Source: SAR202 cluster bacterium (GTDB lineage Bacteria > Chloroflexota > Dehalococcoidia > Lucifugimonadales > UBA826). From it: 64,000 nucleotides of DNA. Position 1 is the first letter of the stretch. The number at the start of each line of letters is the position of its first letter. The notes under the pieces are model-generated. The model was given only the letters and a program-made list of their open reading frames with translations, searched no databases and was not told the origin of the DNA. The position numbers were made by a program, and so were the translations under genes. This document shows positions 38,354 through 47,433 of the stretch, in pieces. The DNA is taken from assembly GCA_009392815.1 (NCBI GenBank), contig VFFS01000089.1, positions 7,506 to 71,505 of the forward strand, read 5' to 3'.

Positions 38354-39403
38354 CTAAAACCCGAGCTGGTCACTAACCCCATATTTTTCAGCCAATGCCT
38401 GTAGTTCGGCCCAGGTACTATCCTCAACGAATATTCCGTCCACCCTTTTCTTTTTTTCGCTGAGATATTCTAATTCCCCCGGGTAGTAAATTTCGTCAAA
38501 TCCAGCAGCAGTTTCCGAATTCTTGAGGTATTGTGCGAATTCGGCAACCTCATTCTTAAAATCCCCAACATCACGAAAAGCAGCAAGGTTAAACACTGCC
38601 ATAAAACATCCATCGTTATGGCGACCGGAAGGGTCATGTCCAAATCCTAAGCCGGGAAGTATCCCAGAAAAAATTTCCACCATTGATGATAGTCCATATC
38701 CTTTATGACCTTGATCTCCACCCAATGGCAAGATTGCTCCCCCTTCTCCGAGATCATTAGGGTCAGTGGAAGGGTCTCCATTTTTGTCAAGAATCCAGCC
38801 TTCCGGTATATCCTGCCCTCTCGCCTTTGCGAGATTAACTTTCCCTCCAGCCACAGCACTTGTAGCCATATCTATGAAGAAAGGTCCGTCTAGATCGCTA
38901 GGCATAGCAATTGAAATAGGATTAGTACCTAGTCTTTTTTCTCGCCCGCCAAACGGAACGACTCCCTTTGCTGATCTACCTGAGTCTGCTGTTATCATGG
39001 CAATCATATCTGCCTGCGCCCCCATCAGCGGATAGCTAGCTAGTCGTCCAATATGACTTTGTCTATGCACTGTCGTAGCCGCTACATTTTGAGTTTTAGC
39101 CTTCTCAATAGTCATTTGCATAGCACGTTCAGCAACAACATAACCAAATCCCCAATGACCATCAATCACAGTGGTAGTAGGAGTATCCTTCAATATTTCA
39201 AATTCTGCTCCAGGGACAATATGTCCTCTATCAACTCTGTCAATATAAGTTGGAATTTGAATAATTCCATGAGAATCATGTCCGGCTAGATTAGCCGAAA
39301 TTGACAGCCTAGCAACGGTTGCAGCTTCGTCATCAGAAGCACCGGCACCCTTAAGTAATTGGGAAGCGATTTCCTCAAGCTGATCTGGCATTATATTAGG
39401 CAT
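38354..39403 (-). CDS. Ldh_2-family (malate/L-lactate/sulfolactate dehydrogenase type 2) oxidoreductase
   Basis: 349 aa. AGHDSHGI, GGREKRLGTNPIS and GGDQGHKGYGLS patterns typical of the Ldh_2 family. Confidence 0.82.
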   Translation of the reverse strand: MPNIMPDQLEEIASQLLKGAGASDDEAATVARLSISANLAGHDSHGIIQIPTYIDRVDRGHIVPGAEFEILKDTPTTTVIDGHWGFGYVVAERAMQMTIEKAKTQNVAATTVHRQSHIGRLASYPLMGAQADMIAMITADSGRSAKGVVPFGGREKRLGTNPISIAMPSDLDGPFFIDMATSAVAGGKVNLAKARGQDIPEGWILDKNGDPSTDPNDLGEGGAILPLGGDQGHKGYGLSSMVEIFSGILPGLGFGHDPSGRHNDGCFMAVFNLAAFRDVGDFKNEVAEFAQYLKNSETAAGFDEIYYPGELEYLSEKKKRVDGIFVEDSTWAELQALAEKYGVSDQLGF

Positions 39404-39418
39404 TCGTAACTCCTTTAA

Positions 39419-40921
39419 CTAATCTTGTATCCAATTCCCGGCACGACCAATTGCCCGTGACCAATCATCCTTCAATTTTTCCCTAACAGAGGGTAGCATG
39501 TCAGGCTTCCAGGTGTTGCCCGATACCCAGAGCGAAGCTATTTCATCCATGTTTCTCCAAAAATCACAGCCTAATCCAGCTAAATATGCTGCCCCTAATG
39601 ATGTGGCTTCCGCTGTCAAACTTCTCTGTATCTCCGCCTCAGAAAGATCTGCTTGAAATTGCATCAATAAAGCATTGTCAGTGGCTCCTCCATCAACTCT
39701 CAATACGTCCAGTTCCTTTTTCATATCGTTTCGCATCACACTGAATACGTCTTGGCATTGGAAAGCAATAGACTCCAGAGCTGCTCGTGTGATGTGAGCA
39801 GCATTGGTTCCTCTCGATATACCTGAGAAAGTCGCACGCGCCCTAGGGTCCCAATAGGGAGCTCCTAGTCCGGAAAATGCTGGGACAAAATATACTCCAC
39901 CGTTATCAGAAACCTGCTCCGCCAGTGATTCACTTTCGTCAGAATATTCTATTATTCCTAATTCATCACGTAGCCACTGTATCGTGGAACCTGCTGAAAA
40001 CACAGATCCCTCCAATGCATAAACACTCCGACCCTCTAAATTCCAGGCAATTGTGGTAAGTAGGCCGTTTTTGCTGGAAATTGGTTTATTACCAAGATTC
40101 GCTAGAATGAACGCCCCTGTACCGTATGTCGTTTTAACCATCCCCTCCTTAAAACAAGCCTGACCAAACAAAGAGCCTTGTTGATCTCCAATAATTCCAG
40201 CAATTGGGATTGTCTGTCCCCCAAAATAATTACCTCCGGCTTCAGCTGAGACACCAGAAGAGGGCACGACTTCAGGAAGGAGAGATAATGGAATGTCCAT
40301 CGCCTCAGCCAATTCCTCCGACCAACATCCCTGTCTGATATCAAATAACATTGTTCGGCTAGCATTTGTGTAGTCTGTTATGTGTCTCAATCCATTGGTC
40401 AGATTCCAAATTATCCAAGAATCTACAGTGCCAAAAGCCAATCTCCCCTTTAGAGCCAATTCCCTTGCGCCATTAACATTTTCCAAAAGCCAAGTTATCT
40501 TGGAAGCACAGAAGTAAGGATCTACAGTAAGACCCGTAACATTATGAATCTTGTCCTTCAAGCCCATATCCTCATACTTTTGGCAAATCTCTGTAGAGCG
40601 TCGACATTGCCAAACGATTGCGTTATAAATTGGTTTGCCAGTTTCCCTATCCCAGATCAGTGTTGTCTCCCTTTGATTCGTTATACCAATGCTTTTGATA
40701 TTTGTGGGAGAAATCTCAAACTCATCCAAGAGATTTTCTACAGTGTCAATAACACTTTGGAAAATCTCTTCGGGATCGTGCTCAACCCAACCAGGCGAAG
40801 GAAAATACTGTTTGATTTCCTGATAAGACGATCCGATTATCAATCCAGATGAATCAATAAGAGATGACTTTGTACTGGTGGTGCCCTGATCAATGGCGAG
40901 TATAAACCCGTGTTTATCCAA
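39419..40921 (-). CDS. glpK: Glycerol kinase
   Basis: 500 aa. AIDQGTTSTK, ITNQRETT, TYGTGAF and VDGGAT FGGY-family motifs. Confidence 0.95.
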   Translation of the reverse strand: MDKHGFILAIDQGTTSTKSSLIDSSGLIIGSSYQEIKQYFPSPGWVEHDPEEIFQSVIDTVENLLDEFEISPTNIKSIGITNQRETTLIWDRETGKPIYNAIVWQCRRSTEICQKYEDMGLKDKIHNVTGLTVDPYFCASKITWLLENVNGARELALKGRLAFGTVDSWIIWNLTNGLRHITDYTNASRTMLFDIRQGCWSEELAEAMDIPLSLLPEVVPSSGVSAEAGGNYFGGQTIPIAGIIGDQQGSLFGQACFKEGMVKTTYGTGAFILANLGNKPISSKNGLLTTIAWNLEGRSVYALEGSVFSAGSTIQWLRDELGIIEYSDESESLAEQVSDNGGVYFVPAFSGLGAPYWDPRARATFSGISRGTNAAHITRAALESIAFQCQDVFSVMRNDMKKELDVLRVDGGATDNALLMQFQADLSEAEIQRSLTAEATSLGAAYLAGLGCDFWRNMDEIASLWVSGNTWKPDMLPSVREKLKDDWSRAIGRAGNWIQD

Positions 40922-41013
40922 TTCGAACCTCCAAGATTCCGCTTATACTATGCCCCTCAGTGTTTCAATAACAATGTTTTTAAATAACGAGCTAGTTAAA
41001 GGTTTTTGAAAAT

Positions 41014-41391
41014 ATGTCTGACAACAGAATAAAAATCCAGATCGGCGACATCTCAATTTCTTGTATTCTTAACGAAACATCAACCGCGAATACCGTTTAC
41101 AGTCAACTACCCATAGATGGAACAGCGAATACTTGGGGGGATGAAATCTACTTCTCCACACAAATATCACTCGATAATGAAGAGGATGCAAGCGACGTTG
41201 TCGAATCGGGTAGCTTAGCCTACTGGCCACCCGGAAATGCCATTTGTATATTCTTTGGTCGAACACCGGCTAGTATCGAAAACGAATCCAGAGCGGCAAG
41301 TCCTGTGACCGTATTTGGTCATGTTGAAGGCGATGAGCACATTTTAAGATCTATAAAGTCAGGATCATCGGTACATCTAGAGGTGGAATGA
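41014..41391 (+). CDS. Cyclophilin-like (TM1367/PF04126-type) protein of unknown function
   Basis: 125 aa. The pattern ..NETSTANTVYSQLPIDGTANTWGDEIYFST..GSLAYWPPGNAICIFFGRTP matches my recollection of the Cyclophil_like family. Confidence 0.65.
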   Translation: MSDNRIKIQIGDISISCILNETSTANTVYSQLPIDGTANTWGDEIYFSTQISLDNEEDASDVVESGSLAYWPPGNAICIFFGRTPASIENESRAASPVTVFGHVEGDEHILRSIKSGSSVHLEVE

Positions 41392-42077
41392 AAATGCCCA
41401 AAACTTCTTTTACAACCGAACTAAGAGAGTTGGCCGACCCTTTATGGTCCAGAGAACTCACTCATCCTTTCGTATCAGGAATTGGGGATGGAACCCTTGA
41501 AATCGAAAAATTCCAATTTTTCTTAAAACAAGATTACATCTTCCTTGTCGAGTTTTCGCGAGCGATATCTATCGCTGCTGCCAAAGCTAAACAACTAGAT
41601 GACATGGCTTGGTTCTCTAGATTATTGGATGAAACGCTCAACAGTGAAATGGCACTTCATATTGAATACTGTAAAGAATTCGGCATAACGAAACAGCAAG
41701 TACTGGACACAAGATCCGAACCAGGCACTCATAGCTACACACAACATCTCATTAGCACCGCATACTCCAAAACCGCCCTTCACACGGCGGTGGCTATTCT
41801 GCCTTGTGCGTGGGGTTACGCGGAGATTGGCCAAGAATTGGCCACAAGGAAAATGAAACTGGAACAACCCCTCTATAAAAAATGGATAGATATGTACAGC
41901 TCTGAAGAATTTGCTAACCTGGCAGGATGGCTTAGAGAGTACATAGACCGGGAGGCACTCCTTCTTACAGCACCTCACAAGCGGGAGTTAGAGGGTATAT
42001 TTCTGATAAGCAGCGAATATGAATACCAATTTTGGGATTCGTCATATGAGATGCGAACTTGGCCATTCGAAAGCTAG
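41388..42077 (+). CDS. tenA: TenA-family aminopyrimidine aminohydrolase (thiaminase II), Cys-containing class
   Basis: 229 aa. HPFVSGIGDGTL, FLKQDYIFL, active-site ILPCAWGYAEIG. The ATG overlaps the upstream stop (ATGA). Confidence 0.85.
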   Translation: MKMPKTSFTTELRELADPLWSRELTHPFVSGIGDGTLEIEKFQFFLKQDYIFLVEFSRAISIAAAKAKQLDDMAWFSRLLDETLNSEMALHIEYCKEFGITKQQVLDTRSEPGTHSYTQHLISTAYSKTALHTAVAILPCAWGYAEIGQELATRKMKLEQPLYKKWIDMYSSEEFANLAGWLREYIDREALLLTAPHKRELEGIFLISSEYEYQFWDSSYEMRTWPFES

Positions 42078-42193
42078 AGGAGCCCAGCAGTATTCTATTT
42101 TATGATTAACTATTCCAATTAATATCTCTATACACTATAATAGTGCCTAGAACACCGATTGGGTGATTTTATAAGTGTTGATGGAGTATAAAA

Positions 42194-42466
42194 ATGAGTG
42201 GGAATAGGCTCAATACAGCCGTAGTCGAAGGGGAATTAGCCAATCAGGAATGTGTTCATCATTGGGTTATAGCCGATCCGGATGGTCCCACCAGCGATGG
42301 TTTCTGCAAAAAATGCGGCTCATCTAAAGAATTCATGAACTACTTTGAGGGTTCTTCTTGGGGGTCCGATGTCTCCCTTGATCAACTCAACAGGTCAATA
42401 AACAGTGAGAGAAAAGACCCTCTCAAAACGGTAGCTACATCTGTTAAAGAGGATGACTCATACTAA
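42194..42466 (+). CDS. Hypothetical small protein with Cys/His motif
   Basis: 90-aa ORF preceded by GGAG. CVHHW..x14..CKKCG could be a zinc-ribbon-like knuckle. No family recognised. Confidence 0.4.
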   Translation: MSGNRLNTAVVEGELANQECVHHWVIADPDGPTSDGFCKKCGSSKEFMNYFEGSSWGSDVSLDQLNRSINSERKDPLKTVATSVKEDDSY

Positions 42467-42481
42467 AAACTGGGCATTTTA

Positions 42482-43258
42482 TTAGCGGAATAAATCTTTT
42501 TCCCTATGACGTATTAGCACATTCATCCCTCCAGTGGAGGATTCATAATCCAATCCTCTAATTATAGATACAGGGGTATTTGTTGCCTTTCCCGATACAA
42601 GATCAGCTGCCGCCGCGATGATGTCAACTGTCGCAACCATAGTTACGTTGAGTGGTTTCCCGACCGCATCGACAGTATCTCGATAATCTTGAATCGGGGC
42701 AATTCCGTAACTACCCACTGCAAAATTCAAATGCCCTTCCCGCCATGGCCTTCCAAAGGTATCGGAAATAACTACTGAGAAATTCCGGCTGCCTGTATCT
42801 AGGGAAAGTCCTCGGTGTATTTTTCTCGCTGATTCGTCACTGTCACGTGGAAGCAATGTAACCGTATCCACCCCAGGAACATTGGACGCATCAATTCCAG
42901 CATTCGCGCATATGAAGCCATGATGCGTCTCCATAATTAAGATCCCTCTTTCCTCATCCAAGCGAACTATCTCTTTTGACTGGTTGAGTATCAGCTGAAC
43001 CAATCTCGGATCCTTATTGGTTTTTTGAGAAATTGCAATGGCTTCACTTGAGGGAACAACAGCAGCTAGGGAGACTGTCATACCTTCAGACTTTGACACA
43101 ATTTTTTGGGTAACTACGAATATATCCCCTTCACAGAAACCAATCCCATCCCGTGAAATTCCATCTTTAATCAAATCGGCGATATCATCATCCACAGAAA
43201 CTTCTGGAATCCCAGAGATTGCGAGAATTTCAAGTCTTTTCGTTTTTTGTGTTGTCAT
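42482..43258 (-). CDS. cofE: Coenzyme F420-0:L-glutamate ligase
   Basis: 258 aa. VVTQKIVSKSEG and GFICANAGIDASN motifs characteristic of CofE/FbiB-N. Confidence 0.83.
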   Translation of the reverse strand: MTTQKTKRLEILAISGIPEVSVDDDIADLIKDGISRDGIGFCEGDIFVVTQKIVSKSEGMTVSLAAVVPSSEAIAISQKTNKDPRLVQLILNQSKEIVRLDEERGILIMETHHGFICANAGIDASNVPGVDTVTLLPRDSDESARKIHRGLSLDTGSRNFSVVISDTFGRPWREGHLNFAVGSYGIAPIQDYRDTVDAVGKPLNVTMVATVDIIAAAADLVSGKATNTPVSIIRGLDYESSTGGMNVLIRHREKDLFR

Positions 43259-43304
43259 AATTTACTGATAAGAAATGCCGATGAATGGATCCCCATTAAT
43301 CTTC

Positions 43305-44486
43305 CTAACCCCAGTATGTTTCCTGCTTAGATCCGAATAGCTCCCTTGATCCCTTCATATATCCTTCGGTTGGATCTAGGTCATAAGGAGGATTATCTAT
43401 TAGGACGCTTTCGTCCATTTCCACGCCTATACCTGGCGCGGTTGGGACATTGAAATAACCATTTTTCTGCTTAGGGAATTCCCCAACAACAACCTCGTCA
43501 AACCAGGGTGCATGTCCTCCCTCTTGGATCATAAAATTTGGCATACCTACATCAACCTGTATAGCTGCCATAGTATTAACTGGGCCGTATGGATTGTGCG
43601 GCTGGACGCCGACATAATAAGCTTCGGCCATAGCTGCAATTTTCTTTAATTCTGAAATACCACCAGCGTGGCAAATATCAGGTTGAATTAACGCTACAAC
43701 TTGCTTCTGCAAAAGTTCGACAAAATCCCACTTTGTATACAATCTTTCTCCGGTTGATAAAGGAATATTGACTGAGTCCGCAACCTTTGCCATAGCTTCG
43801 ACATTTTGTGGCGGCACAGGCTCTTCAAAAACATATGGACGCATTTCGGCTACCGCGTCGGCAAATCTGATCGCCGAAGAAGGATTCAGCCGACCGTGGC
43901 ATTCAATAAGTAACTCCACATCCGGGCCTACAGCTTCTCTCACCGCATAAACTTTGGCTATGGAGTCGGCTTCTGACTCCGCGGAGGGGAATAGACCAGT
44001 ATGAGCAAAAGGATCTCCCTTTAAGGCAGTCAGTCCTGTAGCGGTTTCACGCAAGGCGTGTTCAACGCAGTCTTCCGGCGTCGCTCCATCGAAACGACCA
44101 TATGTCCAAATTTTCTCCCGCATTTGCCCACCAATGAGCTCCCAAACCGGACAATTAAAAGCCTTCCCTTTGATGTCCCAAAGGGCGATCTCAATCCCAC
44201 TAATCGCAGCAAGTTGGATAACTCCGCCCCGGACATTGTGATAAAGGTGATAGAGCTCTTGCCAGTGTTGCTCGATACGGAATGGGTCCTTCCCAATCAA
44301 AGTGGCCCCGATTTCATCGACCATACTAGCCACAGTAAGTGGTCCGCAAGTAGATTCTCCCCACCCAACGAGTCCTTCATCAGTTTCAACTTTAACGTAG
44401 ACGAAATTTCTCTTGATTTGCCTACTTCCATTGGCTCCGACTTCAGGAGATCCAGTTGGTATCGCTTTCACGTTAGTTATTTTCAT
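43305..44486 (-). CDS. Enolase-superfamily acid-sugar dehydratase (mandelate racemase/galactonate-mannonate dehydratase group)
   Basis: 393 aa. MKITNVKAI..VKVETDEGLVGWGES capping domain and barrel with LLIECHGRLN and GERLYT. Substrate not assignable. Confidence 0.87.
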   Translation of the reverse strand: MKITNVKAIPTGSPEVGANGSRQIKRNFVYVKVETDEGLVGWGESTCGPLTVASMVDEIGATLIGKDPFRIEQHWQELYHLYHNVRGGVIQLAAISGIEIALWDIKGKAFNCPVWELIGGQMREKIWTYGRFDGATPEDCVEHALRETATGLTALKGDPFAHTGLFPSAESEADSIAKVYAVREAVGPDVELLIECHGRLNPSSAIRFADAVAEMRPYVFEEPVPPQNVEAMAKVADSVNIPLSTGERLYTKWDFVELLQKQVVALIQPDICHAGGISELKKIAAMAEAYYVGVQPHNPYGPVNTMAAIQVDVGMPNFMIQEGGHAPWFDEVVVGEFPKQKNGYFNVPTAPGIGVEMDESVLIDNPPYDLDPTEGYMKGSRELFGSKQETYWG

Positions 44487-44614
44487 AAGATTATTCTCCC
44501 ATTACCAGTATCATCACCGAGATTTTCCAATTAATGAACTCCAATGAATCACGTACTTCAATGCTATATACTCGAACACTATACACATTGCCATAGCATT
44601 ATAAGGACATAGAT

Positions 44615-45487
44615 TTGGAATTTCTTAGAAGTTTATTATTTGTTCCAGGGAACCAACCCAGAATGCTCCAAAAAGCATCGCAAACGTTGCCTGATGCATT
44701 TATTCCCGACCTGGAAGACTCTGTGGCATTCGACGATAAAGAGGAAGCCCGGCAAGTAGTTTCTGATCATCTGGATATGTTAATTGCTACCGGGAAGAAG
44801 ATCATACCTCGCATAAATTCAATGGATACGGAATTCTTTGAAAAAGATATCTCTGCTCTTGTAAGACCAGGCCTTTATGGAATATCAGTGGGGAAAATAT
44901 CCAGTACGTCTGATATAGGAAATATAGCCGTCGCTTTAAGCCGGTGCGAAACTAAAGCCAACATCCCAACGGGGACTACAAAAATTATCCCGTGGATTGA
45001 GACGGCAAGTGCCGTTATCAATTGCTACCAAATACTCTCGTGCTCTACTCGCATATGTGCTGCAGCTTTTGGTGCTGAAGATTTTACAAACGATATGGGC
45101 ATAGAAAGGAGAATAGATGATAAAGAGATTACTTATGCACGTAGCGTGGTGACCGTTTCGGCTAGAGCCGCAGATGTCCCGGCATTAGATACTCCATTCT
45201 TCGCTTTCAAGGATCCTGAAGCATTGAAAACATCCTCGGCAGAGTCCCGCTCAATGGGATTCAAAGGAAAATTCGCAATTCATCCAGCCCAAATTGAAAC
45301 TATCAATCAATGCTTCTCTCCCACTACTGATGAAATAGAATATGCCCGTCAGGTAATCCAGACGTTCGAAGAAGCAGCAGGGCAGGGAAGAGGATCCACA
45401 TCTTTGAATGGAATGGTAGTTGACGTACCTGTTGTAAAAAGGGCAGAATCCGTCATCGCGATGGCCCAACAGATGGACCTGTTATGA
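44615..45487 (+). CDS. HpcH/HpaI aldolase / citrate lyase beta (CitE)-like lyase
   Basis: 290 aa, TTG start. RSLLFVPGNQP, IPDLEDSV, FGAEDF and IHPAQI motifs of CitE/malyl-CoA-lyase-like proteins. Confidence 0.85.
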   Translation: MEFLRSLLFVPGNQPRMLQKASQTLPDAFIPDLEDSVAFDDKEEARQVVSDHLDMLIATGKKIIPRINSMDTEFFEKDISALVRPGLYGISVGKISSTSDIGNIAVALSRCETKANIPTGTTKIIPWIETASAVINCYQILSCSTRICAAAFGAEDFTNDMGIERRIDDKEITYARSVVTVSARAADVPALDTPFFAFKDPEALKTSSAESRSMGFKGKFAIHPAQIETINQCFSPTTDEIEYARQVIQTFEEAAGQGRGSTSLNGMVVDVPVVKRAESVIAMAQQMDLL

Positions 45488-45509
45488 AAATAGTCTCAAG
45501 AATTGAATA

Positions 45510-45872
45510 ATGGATGTTATTACACTTAAAGGACTAGAGTTTTTTGGTCATCATGGAGTGCACGAGCAAGAGCGACTCAACGGCCAAATCTTCCGTGTTG
45601 ATATAGACATTCAGACTAACATCCGCAAGGCTATTACTTCAGACGACATTGAACAAACCGTTGATTATTCACGCGTTGTGAGAATTGTTAAAAATTTGGT
45701 AGAGGGCCCACCTTACTCACTCCTCGAGGCTCTAGCGGGGTCTTTGTCGGACCAAATTCTAGAACTTGCTAATGTTGAAGCCGTATCTGTCAAAGTTATG
45801 AAACCAGATGTGGATTTAAATGACGGGAACATTGACTATGCTTCGGTTTCCATACATCGTAGCAACGGATAA
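45510..45872 (+). CDS. folB: Dihydroneopterin aldolase
   Basis: 120 aa. GLEFFGHHGVHEQERLNGQIFRVD and DYSRV..L motifs. Confidence 0.85.
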   Translation: MDVITLKGLEFFGHHGVHEQERLNGQIFRVDIDIQTNIRKAITSDDIEQTVDYSRVVRIVKNLVEGPPYSLLEALAGSLSDQILELANVEAVSVKVMKPDVDLNDGNIDYASVSIHRSNG

Positions 45873-45896
45873 CCACCCCATTCAGGAGCGGCAATT

Positions 45897-47294
45897 TTGA
45901 TGTCAGATATCACTACTCTTGGCCAACTCAAAAGTACGGGCTATATTGCCAAAACCATCAAGGAGGAGATGAGACACAATCTCATAAAATATTTGAAGAG
46001 TGGGACGGATCTTTTCCCAGGCATAATTGGTTTCGAACAATCTGTGATACCGCAGTTACAAAATGCAATTCTCGCGGGTCACGACACAATATTATTGGGA
46101 GAAAGAGGACAAGCAAAATCTCGTCTGTTAAGGCAACTCACCTATCTCCTTGATGAAAATCTCCCATTTATTGACGGTTGCCAAATTAATGATGACCCTC
46201 TCGACCCAATTTGCCACCAATGCCAACAGAAGGCCGCACTTGAAGGCAACGACCTAAAGATTTCATGGTTGAATAGAGAGGAGAGATTCGTAGAGAAACT
46301 CGCAACTCCTGACGTCTCGGTATCCGATTTAATAGGTGAAATAGATCCCATCAAAATAGCCGAAGGAAGACATTTGTCAGATTTGTCCGCTATACACTTT
46401 GGAATGATACCAAGGGCACACAGAAGCATTTTTTGTATCAATGAACTTCCGGATCTCTCAGAACGTATACAGGTAAGTCTGTTCAATTTGCTTCAGGAAA
46501 GAGATATACAAATAAAAGGATATCGGATCCGTTTACCCCTAGACGTATACATCGTCGCAACTGCAAACCCGGAAGACTACACAAATAGAGGGAGAATTAT
46601 TACCCCTCTGAAGGATCGATATGGAGCACAAATCAGGACACATTATCCCAAAACGATAGCGGAGGAGATGGACATTGCGATTCAAGAAAGTTCTTCTCCG
46701 GCGATAATTAATAAATCAGTGCTTATACCAAAGTTCATGCGAGATATCATAGGTAACATAACGCATCTGGCTAGGCGGAATCCTGAGATTAATCAGAGGT
46801 CAGGAGTAAGTCTCAGACTAACGATTGCGAATTATGAAGTCATGGTTGCACAGGCCTTTCGAAGGGGTACAAAGCAGGAAGGTATATCTGCTCCGCGAAT
46901 AAGTGATCTTCCATATTTACTACCGGCCACGACAGGAAAACTGGAATTCGAAACTGTGGAAGATGATCGAGAGTTACCTATCGTCAAAGGGATTATAGAT
47001 AGAGCTGTTGTGAACACATACAGCGACATATCTGAGAACCATGTGTTTGAAAAACTCGTTAGTATCTTTGATGAAGGGGATTACACTCTTGATACCGGAG
47101 AGGACATAGAAGATTTCTGCTACATTCAGCTAATCGATAAAGTTCCAGGTCTCAGATCAGAATTAGTCAAACTTTCTGAAACAGATGAGCCTGCTTGTCT
47201 AATATCTGCCCTCGAATTCATTTTGGAGGGACTCCATTTAACAAAAAAACTGAACAAACATCAAAAAGATGGGCACAATACTTATTCTAATTAA
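45897..47294 (+). CDS. BchI/ChlI-like (Mg-chelatase-type) AAA+ ATPase, non-chelatase paralogue
   Basis: 465 aa. FPGIIGFEQSV..ILLGERGQAKS (Walker A) followed by a Cys-containing insert (DGCQINDDPLDPICHQCQ), as in BchI. Walker B region reads IFCINELPDL. Confidence 0.68.
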   Translation: MMSDITTLGQLKSTGYIAKTIKEEMRHNLIKYLKSGTDLFPGIIGFEQSVIPQLQNAILAGHDTILLGERGQAKSRLLRQLTYLLDENLPFIDGCQINDDPLDPICHQCQQKAALEGNDLKISWLNREERFVEKLATPDVSVSDLIGEIDPIKIAEGRHLSDLSAIHFGMIPRAHRSIFCINELPDLSERIQVSLFNLLQERDIQIKGYRIRLPLDVYIVATANPEDYTNRGRIITPLKDRYGAQIRTHYPKTIAEEMDIAIQESSSPAIINKSVLIPKFMRDIIGNITHLARRNPEINQRSGVSLRLTIANYEVMVAQAFRRGTKQEGISAPRISDLPYLLPATTGKLEFETVEDDRELPIVKGIIDRAVVNTYSDISENHVFEKLVSIFDEGDYTLDTGEDIEDFCYIQLIDKVPGLRSELVKLSETDEPACLISALEFILEGLHLTKKLNKHQKDGHNTYSN

Positions 47295-47433
47295 AAAGAG
47301 TCAGTTGCAAAATCATTTCATCTAGTTCAATCCATAAAGCAGATATTTAGAACAATAGATGTAACATTGTTATGTTAAGAAATCCGATAATCACGTTTAT
47401 TGTGTAGTGAGTTAAGTAGGACCTGACCAATAT

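Noticed and set aside
47295-47433. Possible T-box leaders upstream of valS (also checked upstream of pheS at 4849-5036 and leuS at 34683-34734)
   Set aside because: The regions are too short (139, 188 and 52 nt). I could not find the conserved T-box sequence or specifier-loop architecture.
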